Positions 9,225-18,181 of a DNA stretch of 64,000 nt are shown here, piece by piece. The stretch is from Chthonomonadaceae bacterium. GTDB lineage: Bacteria > Armatimonadota > Chthonomonadetes > Chthonomonadales > Chthonomonadaceae. Every line of letters starts with the position of its first letter. The stretch's first letter is position 1. The position numbers and the translations under genes were made by a program. The DNA lies in NCBI GenBank assembly GCA_035651115.1, contig DASRGL010000431.1, forward strand, positions 1,899 through 65,898, in the 5' to 3' direction. The notes under the pieces were generated by a model. The model worked only from the letters and a program-made list of their open reading frames with translations, was not told where the DNA came from and searched no databases.

Positions 9225-10628
9225 ATGGCGCAGCTATTCACGATGCCGCAGCTTGGCTCGACGATGGAAGAGGGAACGATCCTCAAGTGGCACAAGCAGG
9301 AAGGGGACAAAGTGCAGAAGGGCGAGGCGCTGCTCGCAATCGAGACGGACAAGGCCGCGATGGAGGTCGAGGCGACGACAGAGGGCGTGCTGCGCAAAAT
9401 CCTCGCGCCTGCCGACGCGACCGTTGCCATCCGGCAGCCCATCGCCATCCTCGGCACGGCGGACGAGCCGATTGACGCGCTGCTGGCGGAGGCCGGGGTG
9501 ACGGAACGGGACTCCCTCCCCCCAAGAACAGGGGGAGGGCCAGGGAGGGGGGCCACAAGACCTGACGCCCCACGCCTGACGCCTGACGCCCTGCCTGTCT
9601 CGCCGCGCGCCCGCCGCTATGCCGACGCACACGGCGTTCCAGCCGCGGCGCTGGCCGGACGCGGAACGGGAGTGGAGGGGCGTGTCGTCGAGCGGGATGT
9701 CATCGCCTTCCTGGAGGAGCAGAAGCGACAGCCCGTTGCCGCGCCGGGAACCGAGGAGAAAGCCGCGCCGCGCGTCACGCCGCTCGCCGCGCGCATGGCC
9801 GACGATCTGGGCGTAGACCTGAGCGCACTGGCGATGGGACTGCCCGGCAGCCGTGTGCGCAGCGAGGACATTCTGCGCCATGTCGAAACCGCCCGGCCTG
9901 TCACGGAGACCGCCTCGGCGATGGAGTCTGTCGAAGAGGGCCTGACCGTGCAGCCGTTCGGCGGAATGCGCAAGCGCATCGCGGATAATGTCGCTAAGTC
10001 CGCCTTCACCGCTCCGCACGTCACGCTGACCCTGGAGGTAGACATGACCGAGGCGGCGGAGTTCCGCGCCCGCCTGATACCGGAGATCGAGAAGGCTTAT
10101 GGCACGCGCCTCTCCTTCACCGATATTCTTGTCAAGGCGGTGGCCCGCGCGCTCGGCGAGCATCCGCGCCTGAACGCCGCGCTGGTCGGCGAGGAACTGC
10201 GCCTCTACTCGCAGAAAAACATCGGCGTCGCGGTCGCGCTGGACGACGGCCTGATCGTGCCTGTCATCAAGGAGGCGGACAAGAAGTCGCTCGGCGCGGT
10301 CTCTGGCGAACTCAAAGCCCTGGTCGAGCGCGCCCGCGCGGGCAAGTTCACGCCCGACGATCTGGCGGGCGGCACGTTCAGCCTCACCAACCTCGGCGCG
10401 TTCAGCATAGATGTGTTCGATCCGATCATCGTGCCGCCGCAGGCCGCGATCCTGGGCGTGGGCCGCATCGCCGAGAAGCCGGTCGTCCTTAACAAAGAGA
10501 TCGTCATCCGCAGCATGATGCACCTCTGCCTCTCCTTCGACCATCGTATCCTCGACGGAGCGCCTGCCGCGCGCTTCCTCCAGCGCGTCAAGGAGCTGCT
10601 GGAAAACCCGCTGCTGATTCTGGTGTGA
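9225..10628 (+). CDS. Dihydrolipoamide acyltransferase (E2 of a 2-oxoacid dehydrogenase complex)
   Basis: Lipoyl domain (LLAIETDKAAMEVEA). Two peripheral-subunit-binding domains (SPRARRYADAHGV..., TPLAARMADDLGV...). Catalytic domain ending LSFDHRILDGAPAARFL. ATG 9225 follows a GGAGAAAGAG stretch. Confidence 0.9.
   Translation: MAQLFTMPQLGSTMEEGTILKWHKQEGDKVQKGEALLAIETDKAAMEVEATTEGVLRKILAPADATVAIRQPIAILGTADEPIDALLAEAGVTERDSLPPRTGGGPGRGATRPDAPRLTPDALPVSPRARRYADAHGVPAAALAGRGTGVEGRVVERDVIAFLEEQKRQPVAAPGTEEKAAPRVTPLAARMADDLGVDLSALAMGLPGSRVRSEDILRHVETARPVTETASAMESVEEGLTVQPFGGMRKRIADNVAKSAFTAPHVTLTLEVDMTEAAEFRARLIPEIEKAYGTRLSFTDILVKAVARALGEHPRLNAALVGEELRLYSQKNIGVAVALDDGLIVPVIKEADKKSLGAVSGELKALVERARAGKFTPDDLAGGTFSLTNLGAFSIDVFDPIIVPPQAAILGVGRIAEKPVVLNKEIVIRSMMHLCLSFDHRILDGAPAARFLQRVKELLENPLLILV
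9515..9554. repeat. Solo type B repeat end inside the E2 inter-domain linker
   Basis: CCCTCCCCCC-AAGAACA-GGGGGAGGG-CCAGGGAGGGGGGC, translated as SLPPRTGGGPGRGA. Same tail as at 620-633, but the loop is the reverse complement of TGTTCTT. Confidence 0.8.
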
Positions 10629-10686
10629 GGCCGTGCCTGAAGCTGCTGCCCTGGAGAACTATCTTTGCTAGGCAGACACAATTCCC

Positions 10687-10716
10687 TTGACAAACCGGGC
10701 CATTATCCTCTATTAT
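10687..10716 (+). promoter_or_regulatory. Sigma70-type promoter upstream of the pilin-like gene
   Basis: TTGACA (10687-10692), 18-nt spacer, TATTAT (10711-10716). This implies a ~225-nt leader before ATG 10948. Confidence 0.55.
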
Positions 10717-10947
10717 AGTCTTGAAGATTGTAAGGTGGTTCAGCGATGCGAAATGTCGCCGGACTGACACTGTAGTTCTCCGTAGTATGTCCTAAACCAC
10801 GACCCACCACGACCCATATAACTTAACGCGAGTTGCCTCTCGTTCCGACCCAACGAGCAGATTAACACAGATTTAACTGTGCCTTAACGTACAGTTAATA
10901 TTTCCCTGCCACAATGGCGGCGAATATCCCAACAAAGGAGAACTGTT

Positions 10948-11838
10948 ATGCCTAGAAAGCACTCTGCTTTCACCCTGATCGAACTGCTTGTCGTCATCGC
11001 CATTATTGCGATTCTGGCAGCCATTCTCTTCCCGGTCTTTGCGCAGGCAAGAGAGAAGGCACGCGCGATCTCCTGCCTCTCCAACACCAAGCAGTGCGGA
11101 TTGGCCTACGCCATGTATGTGCAGGACTACGATGAGGTCGGCCCCTGCTATGGCTTCGGTAAAGACTGGTGGGCCTCCATCTATCCCTACGTCAAGAACC
11201 TCGACCTCTACTACTGCCCGGACCGCAATGAGGGCGAGCAGACCACCTGTCCCGATGGCGGAGCCTGTCTGACGCTGAAGAAGTACTCCGGCTTCGGCTA
11301 TAACTGGGGGCCGATCGGCTGGCGCGGCGGCGGGCTGCTGGAAAACCAGCAGGAAGACCCGCATCGCCCGGGCCACAGCTACATCCCCGCCAAGGCGCTG
11401 GCCGCGATCCAGTTCCCGGCCGCTACCTTCGCGTTTGGCGACACCTATGACACGCCGCGCCAGACGCTCGGCATCGGTTTCGCCGGGGATACCTTCCGGG
11501 GGACGAAGAATGCCGACCTGCGCCACAGCGGCGGCCACTTCAACTACGCCTTCGTGGACGGCCACGCCAAATCGGTCAAAGTGCGCGGCGGCTATATGGC
11601 AGGCGGCTTCAGCGGCAACATGATCATGGTCGCCGATCCGAAGCTGGGCGAGACGGCCTACTGCGCCGATCCTAATGTGCCTATCTACAAAAACAGCTAC
11701 TCCACAGACGACATGGTCCCGAACATGCCCGACGGCATCGCCTGCGGCCAGATCGTGCAGTGGATCATGAGCAACTTCCCGGCCTGTACCGCCTCGGACA
11801 GCCGCGACAACGGCTCGAACTGCCTGTTCACCGACTGA
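10948..11838 (+). CDS. Prepilin-type N-terminal cleavage/methylation domain protein (DUF1559 / H-X9-DG type)
   Basis: [32 protein letters not shown] at the N-terminus. [14 protein letters not shown] near the C-terminus. AAAGGAG RBS. Confidence 0.85.
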   Translation: MPRKHSAFTLIELLVVIAIIAILAAILFPVFAQAREKARAISCLSNTKQCGLAYAMYVQDYDEVGPCYGFGKDWWASIYPYVKNLDLYYCPDRNEGEQTTCPDGGACLTLKKYSGFGYNWGPIGWRGGGLLENQQEDPHRPGHSYIPAKALAAIQFPAATFAFGDTYDTPRQTLGIGFAGDTFRGTKNADLRHSGGHFNYAFVDGHAKSVKVRGGYMAGGFSGNMIMVADPKLGETAYCADPNVPIYKNSYSTDDMVPNMPDGIACGQIVQWIMSNFPACTASDSRDNGSNCLFTD

Positions 11839-11953
11839 CGGCCTGAACCATACTGCCACCGGAGAGGCTGCTGTCTCTCCATTATCGGCGCGCAACAAAC
11901 CGGCTCCGGCAACCTTCGGATTGCCGGAGCCGTTCTTGCAAGGAGTGGGTATC

Positions 11954-12103
11954 ATGCGGAAACGCATTCTGCTGCTGCTCGCTTTGCCCGCTGTCCTGGC
12001 TCTGCTTGCCGCAACGGTCGGCTGCAGCAAGTCGGAAGAGCCGAAGCGCAACGAGACGGCGCAACAGAAACAGCTACGGAAAATCAAGCAAGGCAACGAC
12101 TGA
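11954..12103 (+). CDS. Small predicted lipoprotein (49 aa)
   Basis: AGGAG at 11941-11945, ATG at 11954. Signal peptide MRKRILLLLALPAVLALLAATVGC with a lipobox Cys. Confidence 0.5.
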   Translation: MRKRILLLLALPAVLALLAATVGCSKSEEPKRNETAQQKQLRKIKQGND

Positions 12104-12104
12104 C

Positions 12105-12139
12105 AAAATCCCCGATCTCGGAGCAAGATCGGGGATTTT
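12105..12139. terminator. Bidirectional intrinsic terminator
   Basis: AAAATCCCCGATCT-CGGAGCA-AGATCGGGGATTTT. A 14-bp perfect stem flanked by A and T tracts, between convergent genes. Confidence 0.85.
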
Positions 12140-12153
12140 GCATGGGGAGCCGC

Positions 12154-13158
12154 CTAGAAACTCATGATGTCGTAGGCTTCGAGCGAGATCGGATAGAGCG
12201 GCGGCTCGCCGCGCAGGAAGCGGGCCAGGTCGTTCAGGGCGGTGTGAGTCAACTGCGGCAGGTCGTCCTCGGTCGGCCCGGCGACGTGCGGCGTGAAGAC
12301 GACGTTGGGCAGTTTCGGCAGCGGGTGGTCGGGCGGCAGCGGCTCCGGGTCGGTCACGTCAATGGCGGCGAAGAAGCGGCCTGTTTTCAGGGCTGCCGTC
12401 AGGGCGTCCGTGTCCACGATGCGCCCGCGCGCCGAGTTCAGGAAGATCGCGCCATCGGAGAGCAGCGCCAACTCCTTCGCTCCGATGAGGCCGCGCGTCT
12501 CCGGGATGTCCGGCGCGTGCAGCGAGACGATGCGCGCCGTTTGCAGCAGCGTCGGCAGGTCGGTGAGTTCGACCTGGTGCCGGGCAGCCTCCTCCGGCGT
12601 GAGGAACGGGTCATAGACGAGAACGCGGCAGCCGAACGAGGCCAGCAGCCCGCGAAACAGTTTCCCGACGCTCCCGAAACCGATCAGGCCGACCGTCTTC
12701 CCGTACAGCGTCTCGTTATAAGGCCGTGCCTAACCGGGCGAGAGAAACTCCTTGCGCGCCGGGTCGCTGTCCAGGAAGCAGGCATAGCGGCGCAGCAGGA
12801 TCAGCGCGTTCATCAGGCAGAACTCGGCCACAGTGCGCGCGATAGCGGCTCGCGCCGTCGTGATGACGATTCCCTTCTCCAGCGCATAGCGGGGGAACAT
12901 CCGTACCGAACCCGCCGTGTGGCAGATGATTCGCAGCTTCTTCACCCTGTCCAGGATTTCCGGCGTCGGCGCGCGGACTCCCCATCCGGTCACGGCGGCG
13001 TCGGCCTGCTCCCAGAGCGCGCTGTACTCCTCTTCGCTCATCTCGCGTGCGTTCTGGCAGAGGACGACATCGCCGAGCGCGCGCATCTGCGCCTCGAGTT
13101 CCGGGTTCATCATGCGGCGATAGGTCTGTTCGGGCATCGCACAGAGGATCGTGGTCAT
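12154..13158 (-). pseudogene. D-isomer-specific 2-hydroxyacid dehydrogenase interrupted by a single in-frame TAG
   Basis: ORFs 12730..13158 and 12154..12471 and the 86 codons between them share one frame. My translation across the junction reads ...EFLSPG*ARPYNETLYGKTVGLIGFGSVGKLFRGLL...SLHAPD...FTPHVAG. TAG is at 12730-12732. Confidence 0.75.
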
Positions 13159-13550
13159 CGCAAGGCTCCTTCTTCATGGGAAATGAAAATCGGGACAGGA
13201 TACAGGGAACCGGTCAAAAGACGGGGTGTCGCTCGCTCGCTTCTGCGGAACAATACCGGCATGGAAACCGTATATCTCACGCCGGATAACAGTGCGGACA
13301 CGGGCGCGCGTCTCTGCCCGGAAGGCGAGCGGAAGGCGGCGGGCCGGGCCGGAATCCCGCTCAATGAGGCGCTGGATCGCCTGATCGTCGGGCTGGTGTT
13401 GCTGATCGCGTTCGTGCTGGCCGCCCCCTTCGGCGTCTATTTCGCCTCGCGCGGACGCGCGCCGCGCCTCTCGCCGTCTGTGCCGCGCCCGCTCCACAGC
13501 CCTCTGCTCTCCCCGAAAGCAGGAGCGTCTGTGGAGAGTGTGGTTTAGTG

Positions 13551-13740
13551 GCCGGGTACTAAAAGTACCCGTCTGGAGGGCCTGCGGCCAACCGTCCTTC
13601 GGACGGAATCCTTGACTGAAGGCTTTTCCCTTCGTATCGCACTCGGCTGCATACGAAGAGGCGGCCTTTCCATACGGGTGCGTCCGGCAGGACGCTTGGC
13701 GGCTCTGCCGCCCCCGAGACGGGTACGTTCTGTACCCGGC
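13551..13740. repeat. Type D structured element, full-length copy 1 (~190 nt, five hairpins)
   Basis: Terminal hairpins GGGTAC-TAAAA-GTACCC and GGGTAC-GTTCT-GTACCC. Inner hairpins CCGTCC-TTCG-GGACGG and GCGTCC-GGCA-GGACGC. Central hairpin CTTCGTAT-CGCACTCGGCTGC-ATACGAAG. Confidence 0.8.
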
Positions 13741-13747
13741 AAAAGGT

Positions 13748-15700
13748 CTATCCCAACTTGAGCGCGTCCAGTTCCTGTTTCAGCGCGGGCAGGCTCTTGT
13801 TCTCCGCGCGCAGGTTGGCGATCACCTTCTGCCACTCTTCGCCGCGCTGCTGCTGTTCATAGAGTTTGCGGACGCGCGATAGGTATTGCGCGGCCTGCCG
13901 GTAGCTCTCCCGACCGCGCTGCGCGATCAGGTTCTCGGCGGCGCGGCGATAGAGGGCGATGGCCTCATCGGGATAGTCCTTCTCGGCGGCTTCCGCCACG
14001 CGGATAGACAGATTGCCCTGCTGCCAGGAGTACGGATCGAAATAGACGTTCGCGCCGCGCGTCTCCGTGCGGGGCAGCGTATCCAGGGCGCTGCGCACAT
14101 CTTTCTCGTCCAGGTAGATGGCGACCAGCGAACTCCAGGCGCCTTTCTTCTCCAGGGTGGCGATCAGGCTGGGCCGCAACTCCTGCCAGACTTCGGCGGG
14201 CTGCCCGCGCAGTTGCGCGGCGGCCTTCACGTCGGCATAGGTCTGCTGGCCGGGAGCCGCCTCGAAGCGGCGCAGTTCGATAGCCAGCGCCTCGCTGCCC
14301 ATGCCGTGCTTGCGGTACTGCTCGCCGAGCCAGGAGAGATACTGAGAGATAAGATGATTCTGCGCAACGGTCCTATCCGGCCTGGACGTCTTGGACGGGC
14401 GCTGGGCCTGCTCCGCCTCTCGCAGCCGTGTCTCGATAAAGGCCAGCCCCGCCGCCACCTGCTCCTTGCCTATCGCCATCAGTTTGTTGGCGAACTGCAT
14501 CGCCTCGTGAGGGTTGTCGAGATGTTCACGGGCGACGTCCAGCGCCTCCTCGATGCGCCCGCGTTCCAGCAGCAGGTTCGCCATGTCCTCATAAAGCTGG
14601 AAATTGCGATATTCGCGCAGCATCTCCTCGTCGTCGAGGCCCGCGTGTTCCTTGAGCGTGACAAGAAACTCGACCAGCCCTCGATTATGGTACTGCTGAT
14701 AGAAGTCGCCGCTGCCGGAGCGCATCCCCTTGCGCACCCAGGCTTCCACCGTCTCCCGCTCGGCTGCGGTCGCGCTGCGCGCGATGATCTCCGGCACGTC
14801 CGCCGCCACATCGTTGTCGCCCAGGCCCGAATCGTCGTTCCAGATGTCGAACAGGCTGCGGAACAGTTCCAGGCGGACTTCCGGCGGCATCCGCTCGCTC
14901 TCCGGCAGGTTTGCCTGCGCGTCCAGGCACGCCGCCATGCCGGTGATGCACTCCTCGACCACGCCCGCGATGTCGCCCTCGTCTTCCGTCTCGCCGTAGT
15001 GTTCGGCGGTCTCCAGAGCGATGGCGCTGTAGATGGCTTGCGCATTGGCCCACTGGCCGGATCTGGCGAAGTTGTCGCCGAGCCGCTTCAGGCGATCCAG
15101 GTCGTCGGCGATGCGGCGATCCGCGCCCCACTCGTAGCCCGCGTTGCGGAAAGCCATCTTGACCTGCCGCCGGATGTCTTTGGGGTCTACGGTCAGCGCG
15201 GCCCCGCCACCCGATTCCACGCCGGAGGGGGGCAGAGGCAGGTCGAGCAGGCTTTCCAGTTCCGGCCGGCGCTCCAGCATCTGCAAGAGAAGCGCCTGCA
15301 ACTCCTCCCGGCTCTTGTCTTTCAGCAGGTCGGCGACTTCCGGGCGCAGCGTGAACTGCTCCGGCTTGTGAAGCCAGGTCAGCAGCAGCGCGACGACATG
15401 CTTGCAGAAGCCGCCGCGCGGACAGTTGCACTCGTAGCCGGCCAGCGCCTTGCTGCCCTTTTCGCTGGCAGGAACCAGAGTCGCCTTGACGATATAGGGT
15501 TCATAGTCCGAACCGGCGCACTGCGCTTGCAGGGTTGCGCCGCGCAGCATCGGTTCGAGGATATGCCCGTTGCGGTAGTAGCTGCGTCCCCGGCTGAAGC
15601 TGCCGCTGTCCGTACTGGACTGGATGAAATCTTCCGTTATCGGCTTGAAGCGGTCTCGGACTTCGGCTCCGGTCTCTGTGTTTCCGCTGGCAGTTGGCAT
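13748..15700 (-). CDS. SWIM zinc-finger protein with a long helical-repeat C-terminal region
   Basis: CNCPRGGFCKHVVALLLTW is a SWIM CxCx(n)CxH signature. The remaining ~500 aa are alpha-helical and repeat-like. Confidence 0.8.
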   Translation of the reverse strand: MPTASGNTETGAEVRDRFKPITEDFIQSSTDSGSFSRGRSYYRNGHILEPMLRGATLQAQCAGSDYEPYIVKATLVPASEKGSKALAGYECNCPRGGFCKHVVALLLTWLHKPEQFTLRPEVADLLKDKSREELQALLLQMLERRPELESLLDLPLPPSGVESGGGAALTVDPKDIRRQVKMAFRNAGYEWGADRRIADDLDRLKRLGDNFARSGQWANAQAIYSAIALETAEHYGETEDEGDIAGVVEECITGMAACLDAQANLPESERMPPEVRLELFRSLFDIWNDDSGLGDNDVAADVPEIIARSATAAERETVEAWVRKGMRSGSGDFYQQYHNRGLVEFLVTLKEHAGLDDEEMLREYRNFQLYEDMANLLLERGRIEEALDVAREHLDNPHEAMQFANKLMAIGKEQVAAGLAFIETRLREAEQAQRPSKTSRPDRTVAQNHLISQYLSWLGEQYRKHGMGSEALAIELRRFEAAPGQQTYADVKAAAQLRGQPAEVWQELRPSLIATLEKKGAWSSLVAIYLDEKDVRSALDTLPRTETRGANVYFDPYSWQQGNLSIRVAEAAEKDYPDEAIALYRRAAENLIAQRGRESYRQAAQYLSRVRKLYEQQQRGEEWQKVIANLRAENKSLPALKQELDALKLG

Positions 15701-15712
15701 GGGGTGGCATCC

Positions 15713-16654
15713 TTATCGGGTCGGCGCTTGCTCTCTGGCGTTCTGCGCCTCGACTGCGCGCAGCAGTTGGTCGGGTGGCGTTGCGGGCGTCATTCCGGCG
15801 GCAGCCGGGCGCAAAAGCTGGTTGGGCGGCGTGATGGCTCCGGTCGCGGCGGAAGCGCGCAGCAGCGTGGCGCTCTCGCGGGCGCGGCGCACCCGTTCCT
15901 GCACGAACGGCAGGCACTCCCGCGCGGCGGCCCGCACCTGGGGCGAGGGGTCGGCGTGCAGATACTCGACGACCGGGAGCGCGCGTGCGTCGCCGATCTG
16001 TTCCAGGGCCGTCAGCAGGGGGAGCTTCAGGTTCTGGCCGTAGTCGTCGCTGTAGGCGAGATGGAGCAGCGCGTTCATCTGGTCAGGCGCGATGTAGGCG
16101 GCGTCGCTGGCGCGCACGCGGGGCAGCAGGTGGCGCAGCGCGCGCTCCGCCACATCGCGCACGTAGGAGTCGCCGTCGCGCAGGGCGAGGGCCAGAACGC
16201 CGACCGCGCGCGGGTCGCCCGCCTTGCTCAGGGCATAAGCGGCATCGCGGCGGGTGCTGGCGGCGCGGTCGGCGGCCCACGCGCCGCCGCCCAACTGGAG
16301 TATCCACCAGAGCTGCTCGAAGATTTTGCCGCGCGTTAGATAGATCAGCCCGATCATCAGGGTCACGAACGCGGTGCCGGAGACGAGACGATGGCGGCGT
16401 CGGCGGCGCGCGGCCTGCGTCTCGCGCAGCAGCAGCGCCATCGTCTCCTCGACGTTCCGCTTCTTCTCCTCGACATGTTTCAGGGTCGTGAGCAGGTTCT
16501 GTACTGCCGCCCGCGCCTCGCGCCGCGTGCGCGCCTCCCCACTGCGCAGCGCCGCCATGACCGGCGGCTCTGTGCGAGTCTCTCTCCTCTCTCGCACGGT
16601 CTCGCGTGGCGCGATCAGAGGAGTTTCGTCTGCCTTTAGCTGCACCGATTCCAT
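15713..16654 (-). CDS. HEAT-repeat protein with one predicted TM helix
   Basis: Repeats GDPRAVGVLALALRDGDSYVRDVAERAL and GDARALPVVEYLHADPSPQVRAAAREC. TM segment LVSGTAFVTLMIGLIYL. Lies 12 nt upstream of the SWIM gene on the same strand. Confidence 0.7.
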   Translation of the reverse strand: MESVQLKADETPLIAPRETVRERRETRTEPPVMAALRSGEARTRREARAAVQNLLTTLKHVEEKKRNVEETMALLLRETQAARRRRRHRLVSGTAFVTLMIGLIYLTRGKIFEQLWWILQLGGGAWAADRAASTRRDAAYALSKAGDPRAVGVLALALRDGDSYVRDVAERALRHLLPRVRASDAAYIAPDQMNALLHLAYSDDYGQNLKLPLLTALEQIGDARALPVVEYLHADPSPQVRAAARECLPFVQERVRRARESATLLRASAATGAITPPNQLLRPAAAGMTPATPPDQLLRAVEAQNAREQAPTR

Positions 16655-16859
16655 CGCTTGTTTTCGCGCCCTATCAGGGGGCGTGCCTTCCGTTCTCTTA
16701 CTCTATCATACGATTCGCGGTTTGCAAACGGCTTCCTCCTTGCGGACACGCCGGGATTCATTCGGAGGCCCGAATCTTGACGCAGGAATTCTGCCTGTCC
16801 TCTCGTAAGTTTCTCTGCGCCGCACGGCCCAGTCCGTCGCCGCCAGAGGAGCCGATCAG

Positions 16860-17066
16860 ATGAATGACATCGAAAAATACGAGTTCGACCGGCAGGGCTT
16901 TCTTACCATCAAAGAGATGCTGACCCCGGAGGAGACGCGCCGTCTTGCCGCCGTAGACGCGCTGGAAGACCATGCGCTGCGGCGTATAGATCAGCCGCCC
17001 CGTAAGCAGGCGCTCTGGGGCGCGAACTATCATTCTGCCGAGAAGATGAAGGAGCAGACACGATGA
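16860..17066 (+). CDS. 68-aa ORF resembling only the N-terminus of PhyH-type dioxygenases
   Basis: GAGGAG at 16847-16852, ATG at 16860. EKYEFDRQGFLTIKEMLTPEE is PhyH-like. Its stop overlaps the next start (ATGA at 17063-17066). Confidence 0.45.
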   Translation: MNDIEKYEFDRQGFLTIKEMLTPEETRRLAAVDALEDHALRRIDQPPRKQALWGANYHSAEKMKEQTR

Positions 17067-18145
17067 CCTATAGGATGATTCAGGTGGGAACGGGCGGGTT
17101 CGGCGGCGCGTGGTGTCGGCGATTCCTGCCGCCCAATGTGCAGGACGGGCTGATCGAGGTCGTGGCGGCGGTGGATGTCAACCCGGAGGCGCTTCAGAAC
17201 GCGCGGGAAGGGCTGGGCCTGCGCGCCGACCAGTGCTATACCGATCTCGACAAGGCGCTGGATGCGAACCGCGCCGATTTCTGCACGATCGTCGTGCCGC
17301 CCGCGTTTCATGAGCAGGTGGTGGATGCCGCGCTCGCGCACGATCTCCATATCCTGTCGGAGAAGCCGATCGCCGACACGCTGGCCGCCTCCCTCCGCAT
17401 CGCCGAGAAGGTAAAGCGCGCGGGCAAGAAGATGGGCGTCACGATGAGCCACCGCTTCGACCAGGATAAGACGACGCTGCGCGAAGAACTGCGTTCCGGG
17501 CGGCACGGCGCGCTCGACTATCTGATCTGCCGCTTCACCTGCGACTGCCGCAAGCTCGGAAGCTGGGGCAAGTTCCGCCACGAGATACCCGACGCGCTGA
17601 TGATCGAAGGGGCCGTCCATCATCTCGACCTGCTCATAGATATGACCGGGGCGAAATGCGACACGCTCTACGCGCAGACCTGGAATCCGGTCTGGGGCGA
17701 GTTCGCCGGGGATTCGCAGGGCCTCGTCCTGATGCTGACGGAGAATGGCAAGCGCGTGTTCTACGAAGGCGCGAAGACCAACGCGCACGGGCTGAACGGC
17801 TGGACGCAGGAGTATATTCGGGCGGAGTGCGAGCAGGCGACGCTTGTGCTGGATCACCGCCGCCTGGAACGCTTCCCCTACGATCCCACGCGGCAGTCGG
17901 CGGAGAGGCGGGAGGGACAGGGCGAGCCGATCCCGCTGCGCGAACAGCCGAAGTGGGCCAACACCTGGCTGATCGCAAAGTATGTGCGCTGGCTGGCGGG
18001 CGGCGAGCCGATGGAGACGAACGTGGAGGACAACCTGCAATCGGTCGCGCTGGTCTTTGCCGCCATCGAGAGCAGCCGCACGGGGCAGCCGGTGCGCGTG
18101 CAGGAGTTCCTCGACCGGGCCAGACAGGAGGCGCAGGCGCCATAG
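17063..18145 (+). CDS. Gfo/Idh/MocA family oxidoreductase
   Basis: N-terminal Rossmann motif IQVGTGGFGGAW, then EKPIADTL. 360 aa. Confidence 0.9.
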   Translation: MTYRMIQVGTGGFGGAWCRRFLPPNVQDGLIEVVAAVDVNPEALQNAREGLGLRADQCYTDLDKALDANRADFCTIVVPPAFHEQVVDAALAHDLHILSEKPIADTLAASLRIAEKVKRAGKKMGVTMSHRFDQDKTTLREELRSGRHGALDYLICRFTCDCRKLGSWGKFRHEIPDALMIEGAVHHLDLLIDMTGAKCDTLYAQTWNPVWGEFAGDSQGLVLMLTENGKRVFYEGAKTNAHGLNGWTQEYIRAECEQATLVLDHRRLERFPYDPTRQSAERREGQGEPIPLREQPKWANTWLIAKYVRWLAGGEPMETNVEDNLQSVALVFAAIESSRTGQPVRVQEFLDRARQEAQAP

Positions 18146-18147
18146 CA

Positions 18148-18178
18148 ACGGGGCGTCACGGGAACGCCCCGTTTGTGT
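18148..18178 (+). terminator. Intrinsic terminator
   Basis: ACGGGGCGT-CACGGGA-ACGCCCCGT followed by TTGTGT. Confidence 0.7.
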
Positions 18179-18181
18179 CCG

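Noticed and set aside
12730-12732. TAG recoding (pyrrolysine or suppression) in the dehydrogenase
   Set aside because: There is no pyl machinery in the window. TAG is used as an ordinary terminator, including by this same gene. A nonsense mutation or sequencing error is more parsimonious, so it is reported as a pseudogene.
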